Part shown: one piece after another, positions 47,970 to 60,500 of the stretch
Layout of the letters: every line of letters starts with the position of its first letter
Numbering within the stretch: position 1 is the first letter of the stretch
Assembly: GCA_973851085.1 (NCBI GenBank)
Contig: OZ316775.1
Coordinates: 14,446,001-14,510,000 of the forward strand
Reading direction: 5' to 3'
DNA: 64,000 nucleotides
From: Ptychomitrium polyphyllum
Lineage: Eukaryota
Position numbers and translations under genes: made by a program
The notes under the pieces: generated by a model
The model's database searches: none
What the model saw: the letters and a program-made list of their open reading frames with translations, nothing else
What the model was told of the DNA's origin: nothing

Positions 47970-49553
47970 TGTAACGATCTGCTCGCAACCTTTCAATATG
48001 CTCTCGACGTTGCAGAGCGTCAAGAGCCTCCCCTGACCTTCCTTGAATCCACCTCAGACTAAGTGGCAGAAACAAGTCGTCGACCCAAGAGACGAAGAGG
48101 CCGATCTCGACTTGCAAGGACTGAGAGATAGCATTTGTTGGCAAAGAGGAAATGCTTCACATAGGCCTTCAGAGCCAGCCATCGATGTCTGGAATCAAAG
48201 AGTCACCACCTTCAAGTCCAGCACACCTTACCAATTGGAGCACCGATGCCAAAAGTTCTGCATCAACATTCCGTTTTCGCACTCCATACAAACTCAGAGA
48301 AAGCCGTATCTCATCCTCTGAAGCAATCATCTGCTTCTGAACCGCATCTATCTGCAACACTGTCGTACTATCAAGACTCAATCTGAAGCGACACTCTGGA
48401 TCTACTCCAACTGGGATATAATGAACTTGTCTATGACTTGACCTCCACAATCGCTTGGAAGCTCTCCTCTTCAAATCGAGATTCGCACCTGAAATGTCAA
48501 TGTAGCACGACTTCTGTGCCGTGCCATCCTTAAGAACCTCCAAGAGCAAAAGTACCAATGCCACGAGTCAAACACTTGATTTCGGATACGAAATGCCAAT
48601 CCACGCCAAAATATGTGTCAATGCAACACAAGTGGAGAGAGAAAAATGGGCTCCAGAATGAACTCTCACGACCACCACAAACTGTACCTGTGCCCGTACC
48701 CTAAAAAGATCCAAGAAGGAAAACGAAAACCACTCAAAACATAACGCTACAGAGCTTAACAAACCTACATTCTTTCGCCTCCAGAGCTAATGCCGGCACC
48801 ACTAGTGACCTCAAATGAACTCAAAACCCACCTCGCCAAATCGACAACCAGAGAGAGCCACAGAGAAACCTTTCCACCCATCCACTAAACGAACCCGACT
48901 CAGTGAACTCCTGCAAAAAGCCAAACAATAGTGGGCGAGACACTGCATTAAAGATCTAGTTTCGACCCGACCTCCCTAATAATAGCCTCTCCAAATCTCA
49001 CTCCAACGCGAACCCAACTCGCTAAAGCTCCAGCCAAACGACAGATGCAAGACGATAAGCCTCCACAAAACGAGATCTTGGGTACGTTAGATGGGTTGCA
49101 ACGCTAAGAAGCGCTGAAAGAGCAGAGATGCACAGAGCACTCAGCTGCAGTGTGCAGTGTGTGCAGTGTGCAGGCTCAGAGGAGTAAGAGTGAGTGAGTG
49201 TTCTTGGGCCTGACCAGGCTCTGAGTTGATGGCATCGGCAGGAGGAAGACAGGCAAGCCTGGAAGTGATGACAGTGAGGGCGCAGTGCAAGGTCTGGGGG
49301 AGCCGGTGGAGGGTGTCAGAGCCAGCTGCGTTGCGCGTTGCGCCTACGACAATGCAGGGGCGCGCACTAGGAATGCGTCAGAGGCACAGTGTAGCAATGC
49401 CATGGCAGCAGCCATATCTTCTCTTTTGCGGAAGGAAGTAGCAACATCATCATCGATGATCGCTCACCCACCATCGCCACTCCATCCTCGCCATTCTCTT
49501 CCCTCTCTTTTCTCCCCTGTCTCCCCCTCCCAAGATGCGAGCATGGCTAGCTT

Positions 49554-50100
49554 GATATCTAGGTGATACTTGTGTCATGCTTATGTCGTGACCTGGTTAT
49601 ACTCAAGAGAGTATGTCTTACAGTGGACAAGTTACCACCGGACCTGCCGATCTCTTCAATCTCCCCAAGGACTCACTGAGAGAGCTTGATGTCTCGGTGA
49701 TAATTGCCTAATACTCGTGTGATACTCATATGGTACTCAGGCGGGTTATTCTTCAAAGTGGACAAGGTTACCATGGCTGACTCTGGACGAAAGGCTGCCA
49801 TTGAGAGAAGTCTCTCTTAGCTGTATCTCGCGGCTTACAAGATACGAGCTTGGAGAGTTTGAGATCTAAGAGATACTTGTGCGATAACGGGGTGATGCTC
49901 AGGAGGATGACTGAGACAGTGGGCAAGTTACCCACGGCCGCACTGCCATTCTCATCCACCTTCCCCTCATGACCCGCCCCTCAAAGACTCTTTCGGGTGT
50001 TCGATATCTAGGTTATACTCTTGTGACTAAGTGTGATACCCTCATAATATCTAGGTGATGCTCATGCGGGTATCTTGTAAAGTTGTGAACGCTATCAGCC
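49554..50100 (-). repeat. About four degenerate ~135-160 bp tandem units, each holding an 11-bp array (yragtatcacc on the minus strand)
   Basis: Arrays at ~49554-49608, 49686-49750, 49856-49900 and 50003-50070. The first three are followed by agtgg(a/g)caag(g)ttacc at ~49622, 49758 and 49918. Confidence 0.7.
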
Positions 50101-52358
50101 TGTACGTCTTGGCTCGTTGAGCGACCTTTTTCTGCTCGTCGTTTGCCCGCGCTTCGCCAGCCTTGTAAAATGGTCATCTCCCTTCGCTCTTTCCTCTTTG
50201 TTGTTTGTTGACACAAATTGAAAGTTCAATAAGGAATATTCCTCACGAATAAGTGAGCATTGAGTTATATTTCTTTCCATTTACTTCGGGTTTTCCTTTT
50301 CTGGAAAGCACTGGTTTCACGCAAGATGTGCATACACTAAACCGCTATTTTATGCTATAGAGAATATGTAGATTTCAGGCACTCACATGTAGGACAGTGC
50401 TAGATATTAATTGTGTGTATGCATCAATTATTTCTGAGTTTGACTATGGCCGTGTTGACCGGGCTGTATTAGCGGACTCAATGAGTGGGAAAGGGCGGGC
50501 CCCTAATTGGATCTCACTTGTTTTTAAATCTGTTTAAAGTTTGGGTAAATTAATTTCAAAATTCAGGGTCATGCAGTGAGTTCCGATATATTGTTTACTG
50601 GAAGTTTGGAAATTGACTTTGAAGAGTACATACTGTATTTCATTTCAACGTAGTCTGTGATTAGACTGTTCATTATTCGTTTCTTGTTTTATATGTTGCA
50701 ATGGTAACATTATGCTTAGCAATGTATACCCTTATAGTCTAGGATGCTCACATGTATAGTCAGGTGATCATGATGACAAGCTGTTTTTGGGTATGAAGGT
50801 TGTGACAATGCCCTATCTTTGTTATAGTTTTTATAATCTTTCCATTGATTTAAATGGAAAGTTGTAATATTTTATATAATTCAGTGCAAACATCATTCCA
50901 AAAATATTGAAGCATCTAAAATCTATTGACTCCTTTTTTTAATTTTAATTCCAATACATGTAGAAAATTCTTCAAAGATAAACAATTAGAATCTTGATAA
51001 GGCACTTGTATAATAAACTTATTTTAAAATTTGTTAATAGAAAGTCTATGTGGTTGATGGCATGGTGCTCAAAGAAATTGAAGTAAATATTTTTATAAAA
51101 TAATGGTACACTACATGCAATTTGGCTCCATTGAAATCTGCAAATATACTGGATTCATTACATGAAATTTAATACAATTAAAATTCATGAAAAAAAAGAT
51201 AACTGACTATATGCAATGCAAGGTGATTTAAATTTTTATACAAAATTTTAAACTAATCAAATGCAAGCTAACATAATTTGAATTTGAATACAAATTAATA
51301 ATCAACCACATGCAACATCATGAAATCTCAATTCATGTACAAATTATTGATTAATAAGAAACAAACAACTTAAATTTTGCATGATTTACTAAACTTTTTA
51401 ATTTTTTTAAATTTTTGGTCAAATTTGCTATTTAGTTTTTTGCAATACAATATAATTAAAAATAATTCATATATCTAAAGGTTTTTCAAATGGACAAAAA
51501 TTTGGCTTAACAAAACTATACTTTATGATGGATTGAATCTTGGCTCAAATTCATTCTTATAATTGTTATATACAAAAATATAAAAATCATATAGAAATTC
51601 TAAATTCAAAGATTTAAAATGTATATTTTTTTATTTACACTAACATATTCATTAATTGCCTATATTTGTTATATATTATATGTCAATTTCTTACTTTTTT
51701 ATAAGTTCATATGAAATATATGAATACATCATCAAATGAAGATTATATTCTTATATATTTCAAAGAAAAGATACAATAGATATGGCAATTCCTAGTATTA
51801 GCTACCAATGCACACACTAACCTATTATTCATATGAGTTTCACAATTTTAATAAAAAGGCCCTATTATAATCCATGTCAGTGTACTTTCATAACTATGTA
51901 AAAGTTTTATATCTACAAAGCTACTTCTTCATATTGCTACAATATATGAAACAATAATAGATGGAACAAGCTATATAATTAATGCCTACAAACAAGTATA
52001 ATATTTGTGTAACTATTTCCTATCAAATTGATATAATGATTGAACAAAATATAAATTAGAAAAAATTTCCTTACATTACTTTCAAATATGAATTGCAAAA
52101 GAAAATGACCAAATAATCTCAAGCACACTGTAATTGTAACAACTATATGTTCTAAATAACAATTCAATAATTATTAACTTCAATTGCAGCATAAATATAA
52201 TAAATGCAAACAAGGCAAATATTAGAAGTGTTAAATTCTTATAATGCATAGTGAACATATTGCTTCAACTTTCTTAAATTAAAAATGAAAAATGAACAAT
52301 GTTAGTCTTTACAATACTATTGCAATTTTTATAGCTTCTTAATATATAATCACATAAG

Positions 52359-52598
52359 TTATGCACACAAAGACCAACAAAATGTCAATCCAAAGTTGTT
52401 TTGGATGTTGCTAGTCTTTGTTGTACACCAAGCATGGCTGTCATATAACTTGTCTATACTATCCATGCTACAATTATACTTATTATGCACTCTAGAGATT
52501 AGCGGTGATAAAACAAAAATGACATTATTATCAAAGCATGGAAGTAAGTACTTAACATTTTGAATAGCAATAGAATTAGTTGATAACAAAGAGGTCAA
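52359..52598 (-). mobile_element. Relic of a GCM-like-domain repeat/transposon ORF
   Basis: YLLPCFDNNVIFVLSP...MDSIDKLYDSHAWCTTKTSNIQNNFGLTFCWSLCA. From memory this resembles a moss repeat-encoded motif (MDGMD..YDGH.W....T.NI.ND.GL.FR.S.C.GHL.C). Confidence 0.45.
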
Positions 52599-54076
52599 AT
52601 TTTTTATAATTTTTAGATTTAGTAAGCTTCAATGAATTAATGATTATATGTGACTTTCTAAAAATTGAAAATATAAGAGATCTTCCAATGTTGAGGATGA
52701 TGATGAATGAAGGTTAAAAGTGGACATTAATAAATTGGATCAACAAGAATCAATGAACTTGAGAGAAATGAAGACATATCTTTGAGATCTACGGCATCCA
52801 CATTGTCACTATTGAAATCACTCAGCACCATGATTTCAACATCCATGGATTCAAAGGTAAATCTTTGGTCAACTTTATAAAACTTTAAGGTACTTCAATA
52901 ATGGACTTTGTCTAGATTTCTACTTCAACATATATCTTTGGTCCATTTTGTAAAACTTTGAGATATATCAGTAGTGGACTTTGTCTGAGTTTCCTTTGTA
53001 CTTCAACAATGTACTTCAATAACTATTAAAACACTGGAGGTAGGCAACTAAAGTACAAGGGAGACTATAGATTTTGTAGATTCATTGAGAAAGAGTCCAC
53101 AAAGAACTAAGGTTCTTTGCAAACTTATGAACAATAATAATCTAGTGCAACTTGCCAAATTCTACATAAAAATGTTGTTTAAGGTTCATGGTAATCATTT
53201 GAAATTGAACTTACATTACAAAAGTATTCTTGGACTATGATAATACCATCATCTCTTATAGATACTATAACAGATTCAATAAAAGCATTTATTATAATTG
53301 ACGCCATTTGTAATGAAAACATTCAAAAATATTAAGATTAGAAAGCATTTAGAGCTTAAAAATAAAATAGAAATTATAGATTCATATATATAATTGATAT
53401 TTGAAAGAAATAATAACAAGTAAAAATATCATTATAGAGCTAGCATGTGTTAAAGATGGCATGTAATACATCTTAGATATATAAGACAATATAATTACTT
53501 GGAAATATAAGTTGTAGCTACTTCAAACATCTAAAAAAATAGCCGTTATAAATAAGATTTTAAAAGCAAGAAATGAAAGATGCTAGTGGCATAAAAAGTT
53601 AGATAAATCGTTAATTATTATTAGACATGTCACTAATATTAAACATACAATTGACTAAGATATTAAATTAGTATATAGTTGACAATTCAAATGGAAAAAA
53701 TTAATATAAAATTATATTTGATTTGCCATTATTGTAATGGTTATATTATGAGTATTGGCATGATGCATGTTTGTAATTTGGAATGTGTGAAAGAAAAGAA
53801 GTTAAGAATTGTTCAAATCAACCGTGTTGCCAAAAAAAAATGTTGGATATAGAATTTGATGATTTCTAGTAGAAAATAACTAAAAAATTATTAAATAGGC
53901 AAGAAAAGAGGTCCAACATTTAAAGAAGAGAAAAATAATATTGCTTAAAAATTGTCACTTCATTTGAAAAAATAAACCATTGAAGTTAATTTGCCAATAA
54001 TCAATGAACAAGCATTCATTATTAGAGACATAGATCATGCAATATATTGTTTAGAACCTTTAAGAGTCTTCTAATA

Positions 54077-54523
54077 TGTTGTAGTAGAATACTTTCAATG
54101 CTTCCATAGCCGTTCCACCTCTTTGATAAACTTCCTAGGAAGGTTCCACTTCTTTCAAAAGCTTTTTAAGAAGGTTTTACTACTTTTAGAAATTTCTTAT
54201 GAAGGTTCCACTTCTTTGGAAAACTTCTTAGGAAGATTCCACCATCTTGTGAAACTTCTTGGAAAAGTTCCATTGACTTCTAAGACATTCTTAAGCATTA
54301 TAAGAAGCTTCTTTAAAAGTATTATAGGAGATACAAGCGTCATAGTATAAATAAGAGGCAAAACAAGGTATACCTTGGTCTTACCAACACAAGTTGTGGA
54401 TCATATTGTATCTTGCCTCGTTCTAGTCTTTGTATCAAATTCTTGTTAATTATTAATTTGTTGGAGGTTAATTCTTAGAAAAAACTTTCTTGTTTCTTCT
54501 TCTTGTTTCTTGTGTTCCTAACA
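54077..54523 (+). mobile_element. LTR-like unit (TG...CA) with a 31-bp tandem array and TATA box, followed by decayed RT-like sequence to ~55700
   Basis: Starts tgttg, ends cctaaca. About 5 copies of aaggttccacttctttggaaaacttcttagg at 54110-54275; tataaata at ~54346. Downstream gttgcatatttgacaatattttg resembles a frameshifted YLDD region. Confidence 0.55.
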
Positions 54524-57500
54524 ACTATAGAATCTTTAAAAGGGAAGAATTGCATATAGACAATTTAAATGGATGGAGCAATATAAAAAACAAAGAAGAG
54601 TCTAAAAAACATTCATTGCTATGTACTTTTACTTTAATGACAAACTTGTAGTATTTTTGAAGTTATTAAAGATTTTGTGATGGTTAGAAGCATTATGGAA
54701 GTAATGACATAAAATTACATTTCAAAGTTTATCAAATTATAGATGAAAATCCAAATTTTTAGATCAAGGTTTATAAGGTAGAAAAGAAAGAAGGAAGAAA
54801 GGGAGAAGTTACTTATTGAATACATTTTGCAAACATGGGCAAAATTTATCAATTAAGCTTTAGAAGTTATTTAAAGATTTTATTTTTTTTAATTTAATAT
54901 TTATATATATGTAACGAAAAGATGATGAAGATTTATAATGTTGGTTTTTCCACTCTTAAGGGTAAACTATAAATAATGGACTATAAGATAATGGAGTAGA
55001 AGAAAAAAACATTAAAAATGTATCAATTTAGGATTTGTTGTATAAATTTTTTAAGATTATTACTAAATTTGTTTTAAATCTTAAATTCCTTCATTATGCC
55101 ACCTATATTGTCAAAAAATTTGGAAGCGGATTTTAAATGTCTTAGTGCCAAGTTTGTTGAATCTGCCATACAAAATTTTAAAAGAAAAGATAAAAAATTA
55201 TTAAAGATTGTTGCATATTTGACAATATTTTGAATTTTAAAAAAAAATTATTAACACTCAAAGGAAGCGTTTCAATGCAAAGATGGTTCAATATGCCTTT
55301 CCAATTTCAAAAGATAACTTCTAAATTTCTAAGGTTGTTTTGAATTTTGGCCATATTCATATTTTTTTTAGGTTTTAAAGAATTTAATTGAAGTGCCTTT
55401 ACTTGCAAAGAATTCAAAGTGCCTTGAGAATTTTTGTCCAATTGAAAAAAATAAAAAATAAAAAATATACTTTAATAACAAAATTGCCACCTTTGTTTTC
55501 AAAGATGATGCTAATGACACAAGGATGTTGCAAAGATAACAACTATTTAAAAAAGAAGTAAAGAGTACTTTTTTTTAAGCCAAAGGCTTTTAAGGCCTTG
55601 AAAACTTTAAAGACTTCTAAGGATTTTAAGGAGTTATAAGCTATTGGCCATAGTTATTAATTTTAGCATAATATGTTGTTGTGGTAAGAGTGGTTGCTAT
55701 AGAAAACACTAGATCTTTTTGCATCTAATTAATCAAGTATAAGTTTTTTTTATAACATTTTTTTTTACAATAGAAACTACAATTTTCAATTACTTATTGG
55801 TTTTTTCTACATCTTTGATTTATACTTCTCAACTCTTCTTTGTCCTCATCTTAAAAATAACCCAAGTCTTTATCAATAATTTTACTTTTTCTTTTTTTTA
55901 ACCCAAATTATATATTTTCTTATATCTTCAAGGCCAAATGTTTCATGCTCTTTTAATTTTAATGACATAAGTACAAGACTTTCTAAGTGTTACCTTCAAA
56001 ATTTCTTATTTACAATCCAAATAGTTATTAAGCACCATGTCTTCAAAAGTTTCAGTCTTTTTGTCATAGCTTCTAAATCCCTTTCTTACTCCATAGTTCT
56101 ATAACTTCTTTTCTACAATAAATCTACATTTAAACCTTCACCCACATACTATCTATCTAAAAATAAATAATATATCAAAATATCAACCTTAAAAGCCATT
56201 CCAATCATTTCCAAGGGCTCAAAATGTATAACTTCAAACTTTGCTCTGTAATGCCTTCAAAACCTGGTTACATTTTTCCTTATATTTTGTACTATAGGAA
56301 TCTATTATTTTCAAAATTTCTATATTATTATTTTTAAGTAATTAAAATATTATCCTATAATTTTCATAATCAAAAATCATTTTTATAGAAAGTTACAAGT
56401 ATTCAAAGAAGTTGCTTTCAAAAACTTAAGGCAGTTGACTAAAATTTATTCAAAGTAGCTACTTTCAAAAACTCAAGGCAATTGATTATAGTTTATTCAA
56501 ACTAGTGCCACTATCACATATTAATTCCAAAAGGAGCATAAGATGACTTTTTAAAAAGTTCAAAAGAAAAAAATAAAATCCAACAATAATCAATTCAAAC
56601 TAAGAAGTGTACAATGATATATCACCTAAAGAAGGGATACCTTTTTATTCAAGTGGAAGAAGCAAAGAGAGAAGATGAGAGCGGTGGTCAAATTGTCAAT
56701 CTCCGTCTTATTATTGCACATCAGCTTTATTTCTCCACATTAGTCCATCTTCTTCTTTATCAAGTCCTAATCTAACCATATCTTTAAATTAAAAAAATTC
56801 AAATTATTATTTTTTCTTTTTTTTCTTTCGGTTGATATTTTTAGATTCAAATTTCAAAAGAAGACAAAATCAACCTTTATAAATCTAAAATAGGAACTAA
56901 AAAATTATAAAAAATTGGAAAAAAATGGAAAAATTTGAAATTACAAAAAATAATTAAAAATAATATCATTGTCAAGGGAGAATCAGACACCAAGTCATAA
57001 ATTTGATTGCTTAGATAAATTCTGGCTATTAGACTAATCCAAGTTTTATTTTTGTTGAATTTATTGAATAAAACGGTAACACTTCACTTTGTACTACTAG
57101 CAATGATAAGTAGGAAAATACTACATTCAATTGGTCTATTTACCTTGAGTTAAGACAAGATGCGATTTTATCTCCAAGACAAATAAAAATTATGGTTTCA
57201 CCACGACCTTTTTAAATCCATTTATTTCTAATACGCTTTTCCAAATACAATAATTTGAATTCCATAAAATAAAAAATACTAATTAAACTTTAAACTATAC
57301 AATTGAATACATCACAACAACGTGCTTATGACATTCAATCTAAACATGAAAATTACTGATCATGCAAGTTAGTCCACTCCAGTTGTACAAATTTTTTAAA
57401 CCCATGTTAAAACTAAAAAAATGCCATGCTTATAAGTGCTAGTATTTTTTAGACATTGTTTTCAAAAGTGTTCACTTCAAGAACAATTTCATCTTTGATC

Positions 57501-60500
57501 TCATGGAGGTCACATTATTACATCCACTCATGGCAAAGATGCATAATCTTATGCAAATATCACTATTTTATTTTTTCTTGATTTTTATTTAATTGATTTA
57601 AATGCATATTTTTCTGTTTGTTTGTTAAATTTCTAAATATTTTCAAGTAGGACTAAGCCAAATGACATAGGTGCATTTTGTATCTTGCTTTCATGGTGGA
57701 TTTAATTCGCTTATTATAAATCTCTTAAAAAGATTGCCAATTTAAAAGTTATTTTCATCTTCCATTCTTGTTTTAAAATGGAAGAAGTATATTGACGCCC
57801 ATCTAGAGGCCATCTTCAGTTTTGGTAATGCCTTCTTACACAACAACGTTGCCATCTTGCTCATTATATGTATTTCTTAGGCTATACAAATTCATGTTCA
57901 ATCTTATGCTACCACCTTTGAGTTTAAGATTTTGAAGAATTGATGGAACAATTATAAATTACAATTGGCTTCATTGATGAATTTTGCACTCATTGTAAGT
58001 CTTTTACATTTAACTCCTTTATTTATGGTCTTTCTCTTTTGTTTTGGATCTCATTTCTATAAAAATACACTTAACAAATAGTAATAAGCCAAGGATAGGA
58101 AGTCATAAAAAGGATCTAGCTTGCTTATAATCTTCACTTTGATTAAACACAATGATGCCATCATTGACACCATTACTTCTACAAGCACACTTCTATTCTT
58201 CCTTTTTTAAAATCCTTTTTTTTACTAATTAAAATTTGAAACACATTCTAATATTTTGTATTGCAATACAACGGCACCAATTTACACTAGTTATTGCTTT
58301 GATTGTCACTTTGTTGCTCTTGAGGTTGATGTTTTCTTCTTTACTATTATGCTTGCATTGCTTTTCTTTTCTTTTCTTTACCGTTGTGCTTGCGTTGTTT
58401 TCAAATGTAGTATTCTTGTGGTTGTTCCTCTACCAAAGACTATTTCCAACCGTTGTTGTGCTAATATTTTTACAATATTTAATATTTAAAGAATAGAAAA
58501 CGAAGCAATAATGGAAGCGATGCTGGAGGTGAATCTTGTTGATGATGGAAAGTGTTTTGTGCTAGAAACATGAAAAACTGCGGGGCAGTGTGAACAGAGC
58601 TGCTATAGGAACATGTTAACTGCGGAGGAAACCGTCGTATAACGCCAATTCTGGTGGAAGTGTCAAAAGATTCCGAAATAGAAGGAGTGGATCAGGCTAA
58701 GTATAAAAAGAGGTGGTGGAGCTCTAAATATAGTACTTTGATAGTCTTTTCTAAAATAGTGTTTTCTAATGTTTTTTTAGTGGTAAATTATATTCAAAAT
58801 ATGGTGTGTAAATGTTCAAGTGATATTGATTTTGAATAATGGAGGAGAAAGAAGTGAGTATGTATGAATAAGTGGCTGAGAGTTAAAAGTGAGAAGTAAG
58901 AGTTTGATAGTGATGTGGATTATGTGAGAAGTATTATTATACTATTGTAATTCATCAAGATTGTTTATATGAATATTTGTGTTAAACTGTCTTGTTATTT
59001 GTTGAGTAATCAGTAGCAACCAGAGGTTTAGTGTTTTTTCAAGACAAGGTTTTTTTACCACAACATCACAACGTGGCAAAGCAAAACCTTTTGATATGTA
59101 AATTGTAAATTTTTTTGTATTTTTTATTATCTCTTTTAGTAAAAAAAATTCATAAATCTTTTAATCACTAATTCAATGATATATATAAACTAATTGCTTT
59201 GATGGCATCTCCTCCACCTTTTTGTGTCTTTTTGTCCTATGTGGAAAGCATGGCATCATGCTTAACAATGGTAGCTTTTCTAGCTCCACAATAGAAGAAA
59301 GTACATTTTGATCCACTTAATTATGAACTCCTTGATTTAGAAGTTGGTGATGGTAATGATGGTAGTTCCAATTCTACTACGGCATAGTAGACACTTTGTA
59401 TTGACTGATGTGGTTGTTACCACATACTAATTTGTTTGCTTTATTTGTTAAACGTTTTTTGATTCTATATATAAACTTATTTCATGAAATTATACTTTTT
59501 GTATTTTTAGTTTTTACATATTCACATGGTTTTGTATAAATTTTTTCATGGTGATAGAATCTTTTTCCACAAAAATTAGATTTCACATCTAACATTTATA
59601 CAAAATAGTGATTTAATTTTTTGCAAAAAATCACAACCATAAATCTTCAAACATTCAAATTTACATCATTAATTACTTTATTGTTCATTGCTTAATGCTC
59701 TCCGCTCACATCTTAGCACTCCCCAACGTGGTCTACCTCCAATGTAGAGCTCAGACAAACTGTGAGCTCTATTTCTAGAAGCGTTTGCAAAGATTTAATT
59801 ATGAGCCCAAGTGAGTGGATATGAGAACCAACGTATGCACTTAATGAAGTGAAGCTGCTGGGGAGAGCGTTATGGGTGCTCCAAATCGATTGAGTGATTG
59901 TTGCTGTTGGTCTAGCTGATATGTGAGTAGAATACTTTGCATGAGCTGGATGTAGCTTTTGCTTTGTTTCCATATTTTTATGCTAATTTTATGAAATCCC
60001 AATTTCAACTTGGAAACGCTTGATTGAAAATTCTTTGCATTCCAGTGGTCTTCTTATGTTTAGCATCAGCGTGTAAATTTAGATTTTATGAGTCAATTTT
60101 TCTATCCAGTGACTGATTTATTTGAACGATTTGCATATGTAGCAGTTACTGTATAAAGTTGTTGCCATATTACTCAAGTATATGGAAACTCGGAGCCTGT
60201 TGTCAGCCCTTGCTCCCCACCTCGCAAAAAAAAGTATTGTATTGTCGATTGATGCATTAATTTTTCTTTATTGATGCCACCAAGAAAGTTTATTTTCTTG
60301 TGGTTGTTGCCAGCTAAGTGCTGTGTGAGGAAAAATTTATATACTCACGAGCTTATATCTAAACCGTGTCTTCTATAGCCAAGTTAGTACCTTTCTTCAA
60401 AACCTTTTAAAAAGGCTGGAGTAAAGGAATATCTTAGCAACCTTACTGCCTAAGGATGTACTTGTAAGTTACTGTAGAAGTTAAGTAATAAACTCTCTTC

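Noticed and set aside
58236..58496. Hydrophobic 86-aa ORF as a membrane protein
   Set aside because: Arises from T-rich low-complexity sequence in the TE block, with a non-ATG start.
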